DNA from: Trypethelium eluteriae
Taxonomy: Eukaryota
Length of the DNA stretch: 53,525 nt
Assembly: GCA_051942245.1 (NCBI GenBank)
Contig: JAVECL010000101.1
Span: forward strand, 1 to 53,525
Direction of reading: 5' to 3'
Position numbers and translations under genes: made by a program. Position 1 is the first letter of the stretch. Each line of letters begins with the position of its first letter. The notes beneath the pieces were generated by a model. It did no database searches. It worked only from the letters and a program-made list of their open reading frames with translations, and had not been told where the DNA came from. Below are positions 1 to 11,843 of the stretch, piece by piece.

Positions 1-219
1 GGGTTTGCGAGGTCTTGTATGGAGAAGGGAGGGAGAACTGAGAGAGAAGCGGAAATACGCGATGGTTTCTTGCGAGGTATCCACAATTACTGCAGCGTTG
101 AAATATTTCATACATGTATTCTATGAAATGTCTTGCCATTCGAGGTCTTTTTCTATGTTAATAATGCCCAGATGCAATTACAAGAAGTACATGATGAAGA
201 CAGATCACCGAGTCCACAT

Positions 220-2064
220 TTAGGAGTCGTCTTCTATCTCTTCGCCCCGTTCAACTTTTCGTTTCTTGCTGAACCTTCCCCTTGCTCTAGCTGCGCCTTC
301 TCCCTTCAGGACTCTGGTGCCAGTGAAGATATAGCCTTCTGCTCCACCCCTTGCCATCATCAATGGATGCGTTCGTCCAGGAAGGACCTGCCAGCTTCTC
401 GCCCGACTCGTCTGCAGCATTGTGTTTAGCATCAGCGTCGGATCTATGGGAAAGTCCTCGGTCGGCATGTCGCTATCGTCGGGCGGATTGATCATGAAAG
501 CTGTGCGGCGGGCTTTAGAAAATAGATCTGTCAATTTCACCAACGGTTCCACGTTCGGACTGAAGACTACGACGGGTGCGCCGCCCTTTAGGAGAGGAAG
601 AAGATGGCGCAGAATCTCGGCAGGTTCCATGACACTAGCAATGACAAGACCGTCAAAGTCACCACGACGCGTATCATCGATGACATCTTTGACTCTTTCC
701 CATCTGCGGCGTTTGCGAAAATAGCTGCTTTTCTTGCCACCCCTCCAGGTCTGCAGAATATTATCAGGAACGACCTCAGGCTCTTGGTAAGTGCTATCGG
801 CTTCCGGGGATAGTAGTTGGAGCCAGGAAAGTGTTTTCAGATGCATGAAAAGATGGTGTTTCTCGTTAGCATTGCTATCGTCGTAGCCGAAGTACTTGAG
901 TAAGGATATATTAGGTTGTGTTGCCGCATGGAGGAGAGTAATGGAGTTTGATGTAGCGGATTGAGCGCGGACCGAATGCTTGGGAGGCCGGTTTACGGGC
1001 ATTTGAGGTTGTAATGTTGACGATCTATTTGCTGCTGAATCAGAGGGAACTCCGTTCGATTGTGTATCCGAACATTTCTCCTCCGTCGAAATGGCATCTG
1101 ATTGATGGACTTTCACTGGCATACCATTGAGTTGAGGGTAAGATCGAGATGAGTCTGGCAGTTCTCTCTCCTCGTCCTCCTCGTCCTCCTCTTCTTCATA
1201 CAAGACGCCTATTTTTTCGGCTAAAGCTGCCACAATCAAGCCACTCGTCTCATCTATTACTAACCATCGACCGGAGGCAGACACATCATCGGGGCAATAA
1301 GCGTTTGACAGAGGCATCATGTGATGGACATTGCTCCAGCAAAGAACCAGCCCTAGTAATTCTTCTCTTAACTCCATTATCCTTGGAGCTTCCTTTTCTG
1401 TGAGAACCCACTCTAATAGCAAGGACACGTCGAGGGGTAGCACGGTGAATCTTTTGAGATACTTTCCTCGCTTCCGCACTGCGTACTTAGCCAAAGAGAA
1501 GGCCGTCTTCTCATCAAGACCAGAATGTGATTTCATAAGCAATTCGATAATGTCTCTGCCAGTGCTGAGTTTCTTGAGCTCTTCGATATCTTCCAACGAT
1601 AGTGATTGACGATTTGGATCATCGATGGTATTTTGATTGCTACGGAGAGTCACGGATCCATCATCTTGGACGTCGTACTCAACCCCGTCTGCCGTGTCCG
1701 CACTCAGCTCGTCGCGAGATTCAGACGGGCTATCGCCTTCATCCAAAATGGCTTCAGCATGAAGCTCTGCTGCTGAGACGATGCGCAGATCGGTCTGAGG
1801 GTTGCTCTCATTTTTCTCAAGAATATCAAAAGTTAGATGGTATGGCCTTCCTAGAAGGAGATTCGCTGGAAAGGATCCAAATTTTCCGATAGAGACTATC
1901 CTGTCCGGCGTGAGCCTTCAAGTTGAGTGCGAGAGGAAAATGGTTCTGCATGGCGCTCATACAAACTATTCCACGTACGTATTAGGCACGACTTGCACGA
2001 TTTTCAATGTGCTAGATGGTAGTCTCAGGACAACGTAGGAGTGAGGCTGAATCGAGGAATGCAT
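220..2064 (-). CDS. TRM6: tRNA (adenine-58-N1)-methyltransferase non-catalytic subunit (Gcd10/Trm6); 2 exons, intron 1901-1978
   Basis: I extended the ORF upstream across a GTACGT...CAG intron to an ATG at 2064, giving MHSSIQPHSYVVLRLPS...T|IVSIGKFGSFPANLLLGRPY. Family motifs are present: KTAFSLAKY and the C-terminal WQVLPGRTHPLM...GGAEGY. Confidence 0.93.
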
Positions 2065-2616
2065 TTAGAAGGAGTTTCTGCCTTTTCGTCGCTCAGCTCA
2101 GCCACCCTTCACTCATTTCCATGAGATCGGACAGGGAATACCATTAGTAGATGGTGGGTCGTCAATGGATGGTGGGGTGGTTTACTCGTGGGTGCATGAA
2201 TGCGACGTGTGGCGGCGCATGTGGCGATGCAGTGGCGCACACCGTTCGTCATCGCCTACATCAGCAAAACAACAACAACAATATTCACAGACCCTCTTCC
2301 GCTCCTCGGATCCTCTCAATACTCGCTAACGACGAAAAATCCTTTGTGACAGTTTGAAGCTTCGGCGCTTCCACCTATTCAAGTCTGCTCCTCTGGATCT
2401 TGTACATCAAGACCACACCGGAGTAAGAGTTTCCCAGCCTATGCTAGAGACAGTCTACTTACGCGCCACGGCATACTTGGGATACGGCCGCAGCTAAGCG
2501 ATTGAGTTGTGAGTCTTAGAAGATTAAGTGAATCGACACTCTGTGCCAAATGGCCGCCTAGTCCAGACTCCCTCACTCAGATCGAACTCTCCAGGAGGAC
2601 AGACTGGCCCAGAAAG

Positions 2617-5379
2617 ATGGTTGGAAGGCCGACAACCTCTGATCTGGTGCCTGCTCCCCTCTCACAGGCCGCGAATAATCCTCCTTACCCTATATCTCCT
2701 ACTAGAGATCGCAAGAATGAAGGAAACGCAGAAGACGACGAGGACACGGGCTCGGATTGGGACAAAGATAGTAATGATGAAGAACCAAACCCGACCGCTC
2801 CCGAGTTATCAGCCAACCGAGCGATCCAGAGCGGGATACCAAGCCAACGGAACCATCAGAAACCACTCCCAGATGCTCTTCGGATAGGGTCTACCTCCAA
2901 CAGTCAAAGCGTAACTTCAGTACTGCCGGCCTCCCAGGAAGTTCTTCCTGAAACACTGCGAGTCGGCTCAAAAAGCCCCTCTCATAGCCCGCAGCCCAGT
3001 ATCTCCAACGAGCAGTCCTCGCCACAAATCTCGACTCAGAGTACTGGAGGTAGCGGTCGGAAGTTTTCTATCAATAACCCATACTTGCGTAAACAGTCAA
3101 CAGGTCCCAGCAACGAAGCGATCACCAGCACCACGTCACCCTGGGAGAGCCCTGCACTACCGTCACACCCCCCTCCTCCACCTCCTGTTACTGTTCAGCC
3201 TGCATCACCTCCAACAGATGCACTTGGAAACATCTCTCTTTCAGACCAGCAAAATGCAAATTCATCGAAACTCCTGATTGATGGCTTTCCTGAGATGAGG
3301 GAGACTCCTGTAGAACAACCCTCGTCGATACGCGCAACCCAATCACAACAAGAACACACTGGATTCAGTCCGATTGCAGAGAGCAATCCTTGGGCATCTG
3401 AGCTTACAGCAGAGCAGAAATGGTCCGATGGACCTGTTCATGCTTCAGGCAGTGCTCCAGTGCACCCAAGTGAGCAACATCCAACGGAGGAACAGGTACC
3501 TGAACTACCGCCAAGGAGGAATCCCAATGATGACCTTCCACAGTCGCAAGAAGATGAGGCGCCAACTAAACCACCACGGCCAGGGATAGACATTGCCAAA
3601 GTCACCGCCAGCTCCCGCCAGGAAGTGGAAACACCGATGACCAAAGCCAATCGAGAGCGAAGCGAACATTACTCGATCAAGCACATCAACTGGTTTGATG
3701 AAAGGAGTAGCAGCAATCCCAGAAGATCTCCCATCATCATACAGAATGCCAACGGACCATGTCCGCTTCTCGCTCTAGTCAACGCTCTGGTTCTTGGAAC
3801 ACCTCCAGGCGTAGAGACTGCTCTTGTGGAGACTCTTCGGGTAAGGGAACAAGTGAGCTTGGGTCTGCTTTTAGACGCAGTGTTTGAAGAATTAATGTCT
3901 GGGAGGCGAGGAGGTGCAGCGTTTGAGTTACCAGACGTGGGAGATCTCTATGCTTTTTTGATCACGTTACACACAGGAATGAACGTCAATCCACGCTTTG
4001 TTTCCAACCCTTTCGGTGAGTTGAGCGAAAAGGACTCTGTGGCAGGCCCAGGAGCATTCGAAGAAACACGAGAGATGCGACTCTACAGTACCTTCGCAAT
4101 ACCTCTTTTGCATGGCTGGCTTCCCCCTGCCAGCTCATTAGAATTTGTAGCATTGCGGCGATCTGCACCGACGTACGAAGATGCTCAAAACATCCAGTTC
4201 CGGGAAGAAGAACTGGAAGAAAAGTTACGAGTTTCCGCGCTAACTTCAGAAGAGCAGCAAGTCTTTGAGGATGTCATTTCCATCAAAGAGTTTCTTCAAA
4301 CTTGGCCCACGCAGCTAACCGACTACGGTCTCCAAGTAATCAACGACTCAGTTCGGCCAGGCGAAATGGCCATTCTCTTCCGCAACGACCATTTCTCGAC
4401 ATTGTATAAGGAGCCGCGCAGCAATCGACTGATGACGCTAGTCACAGATGCTGGCTACTCCAGTCATGACGAAATCGTGTGGGAAAGTCTTGCAGACGTA
4501 AGTGGACGTCATAGCGAGCTCTTCTCTGGCGATTTTCGACCTGTTGGCAACGTGCAAGATAATGCCGGACCATCTAGCGCTCGCGGAAGCTCCACCAAAC
4601 CACAACAGCAGCCTCTTCGCAGCCTTCTCGATGATGATGTTGGCTGGGAAACAGTTCCATCTCGCCGAGGCAAATCATCATCCTCGACAAGTAATGCTGC
4701 AGGGATTGCATCTGCCCAAGAAACAGGAGTGATTGCGTCGAAAGGTGCCAGTAACGCTGAAACATCATCAGCCGCAGCAAGCACCGAACAAGAAGATCAC
4801 GATCTTGCTCTTGCACTCCAATTACAAGAAGAAGAAGAAGACGCCCACCGTCGCTCGCAAGCCGCTCGTCGCCGCGAAGACGACCTCTCCCGCCGCTATC
4901 TTTCCCGAGAATCGCCCACTCTTCCAATCCCAGGCCAAGATTCACGCCCTCAAGTTCCACCCCGGCGAAGCGGAAGGGGTGGAAGCAATAACGTCGCCGC
5001 TACTCATCGTCCGAATGCCGAGGGCGAAGACGCACCGCCGCCCTACGAACAAGCTGCCAGCGATCGCCCCTACATTCCTGGGCAAACTCCCGGACCGGAC
5101 GGCACAAACAGACAAAGGAGACAGAGCGCGTATGGGCAGCAAGCGACAACGAACTCGATGGGACAAACCAGCAGTCCGTTGGCACCTGGACAAGGGTATC
5201 CTGGCCGAATGACTCCCAACAGTCCACGCAGAAGGGGCCCCAGTCAAACCTTGGTAGATCAGATTCCATTGGGTAGCGGAAACGGCGGAAGGCCAATGGG
5301 CAGGGGAGGTGGGAGGCGATCAAGTGGTCAGCAGATTCCAGTGTCGAGCGATGATCGGGATAAGTGTAGTATAATGTGA
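2617..5379 (+). CDS. MINDY-family (DUF544) K48 deubiquitinase with long disordered termini, MIU motif and C-terminal CaaX
   Basis: Catalytic Cys motif QNANGPCPLLALVNAL and His motif LFRNDHFSTL. MIU-like EDHDLALALQLQEEE; protein ends CSIM*. First in-frame ATG is at 2617 (the ORF track starts at GTG 2509). Confidence 0.9.
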   Translation: MVGRPTTSDLVPAPLSQAANNPPYPISPTRDRKNEGNAEDDEDTGSDWDKDSNDEEPNPTAPELSANRAIQSGIPSQRNHQKPLPDALRIGSTSNSQSVTSVLPASQEVLPETLRVGSKSPSHSPQPSISNEQSSPQISTQSTGGSGRKFSINNPYLRKQSTGPSNEAITSTTSPWESPALPSHPPPPPPVTVQPASPPTDALGNISLSDQQNANSSKLLIDGFPEMRETPVEQPSSIRATQSQQEHTGFSPIAESNPWASELTAEQKWSDGPVHASGSAPVHPSEQHPTEEQVPELPPRRNPNDDLPQSQEDEAPTKPPRPGIDIAKVTASSRQEVETPMTKANRERSEHYSIKHINWFDERSSSNPRRSPIIIQNANGPCPLLALVNALVLGTPPGVETALVETLRVREQVSLGLLLDAVFEELMSGRRGGAAFELPDVGDLYAFLITLHTGMNVNPRFVSNPFGELSEKDSVAGPGAFEETREMRLYSTFAIPLLHGWLPPASSLEFVALRRSAPTYEDAQNIQFREEELEEKLRVSALTSEEQQVFEDVISIKEFLQTWPTQLTDYGLQVINDSVRPGEMAILFRNDHFSTLYKEPRSNRLMTLVTDAGYSSHDEIVWESLADVSGRHSELFSGDFRPVGNVQDNAGPSSARGSSTKPQQQPLRSLLDDDVGWETVPSRRGKSSSSTSNAAGIASAQETGVIASKGASNAETSSAAASTEQEDHDLALALQLQEEEEDAHRRSQAARRREDDLSRRYLSRESPTLPIPGQDSRPQVPPRRSGRGGSNNVAATHRPNAEGEDAPPPYEQAASDRPYIPGQTPGPDGTNRQRRQSAYGQQATTNSMGQTSSPLAPGQGYPGRMTPNSPRRRGPSQTLVDQIPLGSGNGGRPMGRGGGRRSSGQQIPVSSDDRDKCSIM

Positions 5380-5688
5380 CGCGATCATGGCTTGAGACGG
5401 AGGGAAAGTGTATAACATTGAACCGGAAGCATTTTCTCGTATTAGATGGAGTCTTAGGGGCGAGTTATATCAGACTGGGAGTTGCCGGGCAGGATATTCC
5501 CAATGCAGGAGATCGGATAACCTCCTCTATTTGTACTATCATCCTCTCTCATGGCCACACGGGCCTAGGAGAGACTACATGGGTAGAGCACAGAAAATGG
5601 ACGTCTCAAAAAATCGGAGACTTTGCGTGAAATAGTTTTTTGTTACTCCCTTTCAACTATAGGAGCAACTTTTCCAGACTCTAAAGTA

Positions 5689-6663
5689 CTATGACTTAGG
5701 CGCATTAACACCTAGCAAATTCTCGGCATTCTTGTAGCATATCATCTCCATTTGCTCCGTGGTCAACAGCCCACTTTTATCCATCTCCTCTACAAACGCC
5801 GCCCCCTTCTCATTCGTCGAGAACGGATAGTCCACCGAATACATGATCTTCTCAATCGGCGACACCCTCAGCAGACACGCCAGCGGCGCCAGCGAAAACA
5901 TCCCACTCGTCGTCACCCACACATTCTCCTCCCACACCGTCCTCAAATCCCGCCGCAGCTCCGTCCCCCACGCCCTCGCCTGCCCACAAATCCGATCCAG
6001 CTGAAACGGCAGCATCTCGCCCATATGCCCGACCACGAGCTTCAGCCTCGGAAAGCGATCAAACACGCCCGCCGCCCACAGCCTGAGCAGATGCAGCGCC
6101 GTCTCCGAATGCCAGCCCCAGCTCGCATGGCCCATCCAAAACGCCGCGGCGTCAGAGAAGTTGCCGCTATAGTGCGGCTGCAGCGCGGCGGGCGCGAACG
6201 TCGGGTGCAGGTACAGCGGGACGTCGAGGTCGTGCGCGCGCGCGAACACGGGCCAGTAGGAGGCGTCGTCGTAGAAGCGGCCGTCGAGGTGGTTGTCGAT
6301 GAGGGCGCCCCGGAAGCCCAGCTGCTGCACGCACCGCGTTAGCTCGTCGGCGGCTTGCGTGGGCTGCGACATGGGCAGCATGGCCCACCCTGCGAGCCGC
6401 GTCGGGTGTTGCTGGATTGCGGCGGAGAGGTGGTCGTTGCCGGCGTGGCAGAGCTCGGGGGGGAAGTTGCCCGGGCCGTGGGAGACGATTTGGAGGGAGA
6501 CGGAGCCGGCGTCCATGTCTTTGAGGCGGAGGTCGGAGAGGTCGAGGAGTTGGGTGGTGATTATTGGGGGGAAGCGATTGTATGGGTTGCTGGATGAGCC
6601 CTCGCGTAGCTTGCGGACATCGTTGGAGAGGTAGTGCTCTTCAAGAGTGATCAAAGGATACAT
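5689..6663 (-). CDS. Amidohydrolase-2 family aromatic acid decarboxylase (2,3-dihydroxybenzoate/gamma-resorcylate decarboxylase-like), intronless
   Basis: MYPLITLEEH start, YLHP, GVFDRFPRLKLVVGHMGEMLPF and MYSVDYPF motifs. Confidence 0.88.
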   Translation of the reverse strand: MYPLITLEEHYLSNDVRKLREGSSSNPYNRFPPIITTQLLDLSDLRLKDMDAGSVSLQIVSHGPGNFPPELCHAGNDHLSAAIQQHPTRLAGWAMLPMSQPTQAADELTRCVQQLGFRGALIDNHLDGRFYDDASYWPVFARAHDLDVPLYLHPTFAPAALQPHYSGNFSDAAAFWMGHASWGWHSETALHLLRLWAAGVFDRFPRLKLVVGHMGEMLPFQLDRICGQARAWGTELRRDLRTVWEENVWVTTSGMFSLAPLACLLRVSPIEKIMYSVDYPFSTNEKGAAFVEEMDKSGLLTTEQMEMICYKNAENLLGVNAPKS

Positions 6664-7275
6664 TGTGTCTGAGCAAGTTGGCAGGTTGTAATAGAGACTT
6701 TGAAAGAAGCAGAGCACCAAAAGTACCTTAGGATCTTGTTAAAGCTTACGGATGAACAGAATCGTTCGGGTAGTTTGTCGGTCTGAAGACGATCATTCTC
6801 ATGTCATCGTCCCATCCTCGGTTCCATCGGATAATAAAACGGCACTGTGAATTTGCGCGTCTTAGAAGAAATCGTGACGATTGTAGCTGCTTGTAACCAT
6901 GACGGAAAGGGTGACTTTGGAGCCATCGGGGATGAGACCGCCAGAGAACCCACGAGTGAAAAAAGCCCTTCTTCGTCTACCAGATGCGAAGGTATGTCAA
7001 TATCAGACTTTACATCCTGATCCTGATGCTCCGAACATTAGTAGGGGAAACGCGTTATAGACCCTTGGCTAGTGTTGACGTCAAATGTGGATGAGGGGTA
7101 CTTGGTGGAAGCCTGATGCTACTCCCGCTTGACAACTACGCCAAAAATGTAAGGTACCTATTGGCACCTAACAAGATTAGTTGTCCAGCATCCAGTTGCT
7201 CGAATTTCTGTCTTTCTTGATCCACGGGTTCTGGGACGGGGAATCAGGCGTAATGCTTCGCGATGGACGTACGTG

Positions 7276-8271
7276 TCATTGGTGTTTCCTGAACCTATCC
7301 AACAATTTCTTCCACTGCGGTCTTCCTGGGTGGCTCGGATCGTTACCGTCAGAACTATTGGCTGGCAGCTGATTTGAAGTCTTTGGTCTCTCATCAGCTG
7401 GCTCTGACTCCACCTCCACAATTGCATCGTGGACTGTCCATTCTTCTTCGCACGCTTCGACAAACCGATCAGGATTCCATCCAATCCCTTCCGCTTTTGA
7501 GTAACCCTTATGGTTCACAAATAGAAGCTTTCCAGTAACTTCATCAATGAATGGCGGAAAATTGTAATGCGTATGACCAAACGCCCAGAGCTTGACCTGT
7601 GGACTTTTCCAACATGGTTCAGATGAGAGATCTGTGACAAATGCGGAATTCACATTGCCTTTAAGGTGCTGTTCACGATTTGCGCGGGGATCTTTGGTAG
7701 GACTGTGATGTGTCAGGATGGCAATCTGACGGTAGGGTTCGTCCCGCTGAATTTTTTCGACCTCGGTGTTGAGCCATTCAAGATCGCGTCGATGCGCGTC
7801 GACATGGTCATTCGACGTCCAGCCTTGTATGCCCCTCTCCTCGTGAAAATCTGTCAAGAAGAGGTTCACGGTCTGCACTTCTGGTGGAAGGATGTTTGAC
7901 CATAGCGTGCATCCAAGGACAGTCACCTTTGGAGTGATATCAAGTCGAGTTCGGTCGAGAAGGAAGATCCTATCACCGTACTTCCAATTCAACCTATCCA
8001 TGATTTCACGCATCCTTGCGGTTGCATTGGCGATCGAAAGTTGGTAGGCCTCATGGTTGCCGAAGACATAGAATATATTGAGATTCGGCGTCTGTTGTAG
8101 CAACGATTCCAGAAAACCTGATAGACCATCATCTTTGATGCGTCCAATGTCGCCCAAAAGGCAGAGATAGCGCGCGTGCAGCTTCAGCTCAAAGTTCGCA
8201 TACTGAGGACGTACATAAGGTGTTTCGAGATGCAGGTCAGAGACGATCTGAAGATCTGGAGGAAGCTCCAT
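7276..8271 (-). CDS. Calcineurin-like metallophosphoesterase
   Basis: All five metal-binding motifs are present: SDLHLE, LLGDIG, GNHE, THHSP, FGHTH. Confidence 0.88.
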   Translation of the reverse strand: MELPPDLQIVSDLHLETPYVRPQYANFELKLHARYLCLLGDIGRIKDDGLSGFLESLLQQTPNLNIFYVFGNHEAYQLSIANATARMREIMDRLNWKYGDRIFLLDRTRLDITPKVTVLGCTLWSNILPPEVQTVNLFLTDFHEERGIQGWTSNDHVDAHRRDLEWLNTEVEKIQRDEPYRQIAILTHHSPTKDPRANREQHLKGNVNSAFVTDLSSEPCWKSPQVKLWAFGHTHYNFPPFIDEVTGKLLFVNHKGYSKAEGIGWNPDRFVEACEEEWTVHDAIVEVESEPADERPKTSNQLPANSSDGNDPSHPGRPQWKKLLDRFRKHQ

Positions 8272-9425
8272 GGCTAGGAAATGGGGCAGTTCTGCGAAAC
8301 TCTAGACGTGTGCACAGAACTGCGAACACCAGTCAGCACACAAACCCTGTTAACCTGACCAGTGACAATAGATCCCGCGGTAGCTCATAGGTAACAACGC
8401 CTCCTTTCAGCCTCGCCAGTCGGTTCACGGCAGCAGTTACTTCGGAGAGACCCCCATGCTTACCCGTGCTCATCCATTATGAAGCGTCTGACGTTATTCG
8501 TCATTCAACCACCTACGGAGTACTTTGCGTGGTAGTTGTCGTAACCCAAATAGAGAACCAACCTTATCTAGCAATATTTGATCTTGAGGGAAGGTCGTCC
8601 TTTAGCGAGGAGTACAATTAAAAAAGGATGACCCGGAGTCGGAACAATACAGAGCTTGGATGACTGGAGGATTAGGAAAAGTCATACAGTAAGGTCGCAA
8701 CAGCATATGCGGCCCCGAATCACAGGCTCGCTAACTCGAGTAGATGCAGCATCTCTGGGAGATCGCCAACAGATTCCATTTTGATATTTCTGAGAGAATC
8801 GAAGCCAAGGGGACAGATAAGTGATGAAGTCAGCCTTGCAATGTCGGCTAAGGTAGAGTAAATGCTGCCGAGACGACCAACAATGCTATCGCATCTTGGG
8901 TGCTTTATTGAGCACCGTATAGCAGCTGGGCCTTAGGTTAATAGGATCATCGGAATAAAATCTTTATCTTGGTCCGTCATCTTGACAAGAATAAGCAAGT
9001 AGGCGGTGATTGGTTCAACGGAATAAACATGGTCCCTTTATACCCGACGCGCTCGGCAAAGGCATGGCACGTCTTACCAATTTGACCTTGGCGCAGCAGT
9101 CCTTACCGCATTGTTCCGTTGGCCTAAACATCGTTCTACCAACATCTGCTTGGGAATGCGTGTACTTTTGGTCATGACGATCAGATTGTCGACCTCAGCA
9201 CGAGTCAAAGACCGTGTTGGGGCTGGATCTCCTTGTGGAACGACCTGACACTAGAGTTGTCCGGTCGGAAATCGAAAGAGCCCGGAGCTAAACAATGATC
9301 TATATAAGTGTTGCATACGGTGTACCTCTCCAAGGGCATTCCGTTCGAGGTTTGGAAGATTCGTCCTTTTCAACAAGAGTTTATCCATCTACTGCCCAGC
9401 TCAGCTAATTCTGTAGCAAACTATT

Positions 9426-10166
9426 ATGGCTCGGAACAGCCCGTCGACCATCGTCCTTATCACCGGAGCGAACCAAGGCATTGGTTTCGGTACATCTCGC
9501 AAGCTTGCCAAAGAAAACAATGGCTGGCAGATCCTGATGGGTAGTCGGAATGCGGAAAATGGAGAGAAAGCTGCAGCAGAGTTGAAGCAAGAAGGACTCT
9601 CCGTCGAACCATTGACGATTGACATCACGGACGATCAATCGATTGAGCGAGCAGTCAAGGAAGTCGAGTCCAAATACGGCCGAATTGATGTTCTGATCAA
9701 CAATGCGGGCATCGCCAACGAGGGTAGGCGACCGGATTGGAGCACGCGGCAGATGTTCAAAGAGTTGTTCGACACCAACGTCTTCGGACACCACATTGTC
9801 ACGGAAAATTTCGAGTCCCTGCTGGCTAAGTCTAGCCATCCCCGCGTTATTTTCGTGTCCTCGGTGCTGGCATCGATCCACAGTCTGGTAGAAAAGCAAC
9901 GCGAGTTCGCGAATGTACCGCTACCGGTCTACAGAAGCAGCAAGACGGCGCTGAACATGATCATGGCATACTGGGCAAACAAACACAAAGTCGATGGATG
10001 GAAGGTCAATTCAATTTGCCCGGGCTGGATAGGCACGAACTTGAATGAATACCAGGGACAAGGTACGGTTGAAAGTGGGACGATACACTTGGCTACGATG
10101 GCAACGGCGGGCAAAGATGGTCTGACAGGGACGTTTTCGGATAAGGAAGGCCCAATTCCGTGGTGA
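9426..10166 (+). CDS. Short-chain dehydrogenase/reductase (carbonyl reductase-like)
   Basis: TGANQGIG Rossmann motif, NNAG, catalytic YRSSK, CPGWIGT and C-terminal TGTF...IPW. Confidence 0.92.
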   Translation: MARNSPSTIVLITGANQGIGFGTSRKLAKENNGWQILMGSRNAENGEKAAAELKQEGLSVEPLTIDITDDQSIERAVKEVESKYGRIDVLINNAGIANEGRRPDWSTRQMFKELFDTNVFGHHIVTENFESLLAKSSHPRVIFVSSVLASIHSLVEKQREFANVPLPVYRSSKTALNMIMAYWANKHKVDGWKVNSICPGWIGTNLNEYQGQGTVESGTIHLATMATAGKDGLTGTFSDKEGPIPW

Positions 10167-10791
10167 GGTGGGCTCATGACCTATCTAGCCCGTTTTTCAG
10201 GGCATGGGCAACATTTCTCAATTTGCTCGTTGGTTATCTCTACTCCACTATCGATCCGACACTGAACATAGCAAAATGTAGATTCTCGAATGAGGCCATT
10301 CCTTGTCTCTTGGCTATCAACCTTTCTGTGAGAAGTTTTAAGGCAAAGGATGATGACGGCCTCGAGGGACCATCGCCAGAGCTCTGGCCTAGAGATGGGA
10401 GTAAGAGTTGATCGGAACACTTTCATGCCTGTCCAACTGGCTCACCACCACCTTTCCACTAATATGAATGGGTGAAGAAGAGCCAAGTAGCTCGCAACTA
10501 CTGCTTTAAGAGAAACCACTCACACCTCGCGATTTTTAAAATATTCGGAGCTGAGGGCCATAGCTGTTTTTCTCTTGATCAACTGATGTCTGGATGTTTT
10601 AGAGGTGTAGGATACATCGATCTTGTTCTAAACTCATAAGATGTGCATGCTTACGGTACGAGTGTGATGGTCAGAAACGGAGACGCTAGCGGAATTTTTG
10701 ACCGTCGTCCATTCTGAGAGGCTCTCAATGATCGGCTAAGAATTACGGAATATGTGTAACAGAAGATCGGAATGGAGCTGAATTGGAAAAC

Positions 10792-10831
10792 TTTCTACAA
10801 TCCATTTTTCTGCAATCCATTTTTCTGCAAT
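10792..10831 (+). repeat. Short tandem repeat, 15-bp unit (CAATCCATTTTTCTG), about 2.7 copies
   Basis: tttctacaatccatt tttctgcaatccatt tttctgcaat. Confidence 0.8.
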
Positions 10832-11843
10832 GGAAGGTCTGAGAAGCCCTATATAGAGAGAAAATCTGAAATAGCTAGTCTGGGTTTGGAAGCAGTCTCG
10901 CAGAGCCTATCATTACCGGTGATACTGACTATTTTTCCTGTCCTTCACTCTCCATTTGAAACTGCACGTAAATTCCTTCTGAGGACCTCCGGGAGTTTAC
11001 AGCTATGTAGTGCCGGGGATAACGTGGATGAGGCTGGGATCGCATCAACAGACTTCCTTCGAGTTCGTTTCAGAATGATCAGGGCTGTGTTGTAATCTGT
11101 AAAGTCGAGGTACCAGGCGATGCGGTGAAGGATCCGGCAGACAGCGGATTATGAGACCAGGGTACAGCACATTGTGGCGTGCGGAGTGCATGCATGACGG
11201 AGCACTCCGTACATAACTTATGCGAGATTCATCTAGATTTGTATGAAGATTTGCGACAAGGCAGACAGGACATAGGGAATGTGCCTATCGGGCCTCCCAC
11301 ACAGCCGCGTCGACAAAGAACATAAGTAGCACAGCGAGGAGGGAAGAAGCAGACGGGACATCATGACCATAGGTGATGTTGAACCCGGTAGGAATCAACC
11401 TTTTGGCTGCGATTCAGGATGTCTCTAGGTACTCTAGGTGAGGAACTATTTTCAGCTGTTCGCCAACCCTTGGCGTGCCTGGCCATTCACCCATCGAGAC
11501 CCTACGCCCAATTCTCTAGTCCCTGCCACCGCACTGATTACATGCACCTGATAAGATTCGTTGATTGGGGCCAAGTTGAGGCTCAAAATGACCCTGCTTC
11601 ATAATAATAGTGTCATGTCCTTGTGGGCTCGCGTTATGTGCCTTCCTGGTACAGGCCTGCGCAGGTCTCAGGCAACAGTCGTGTTATCACCTTCAAAGAG
11701 ACGAGTTGCACTGGGCGCAGATTTCCAGTCAATTCTACAACCTCTCTTTATTTTCCTTCGTGGATTCAGTGTCTACATGATCCCCGAGCACTTTGCAGGC
11801 GGAACTCCTTCGCGCACCTTTCGTTCCTCATCCGCTAACGGTC

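Noticed and set aside
5752..6634. Long plus-strand ORFs (196 aa, 113 aa) opposite the decarboxylase
   Set aside because: Shadow ORFs caused by high GC3; Arg/Pro/His-rich with no motifs.
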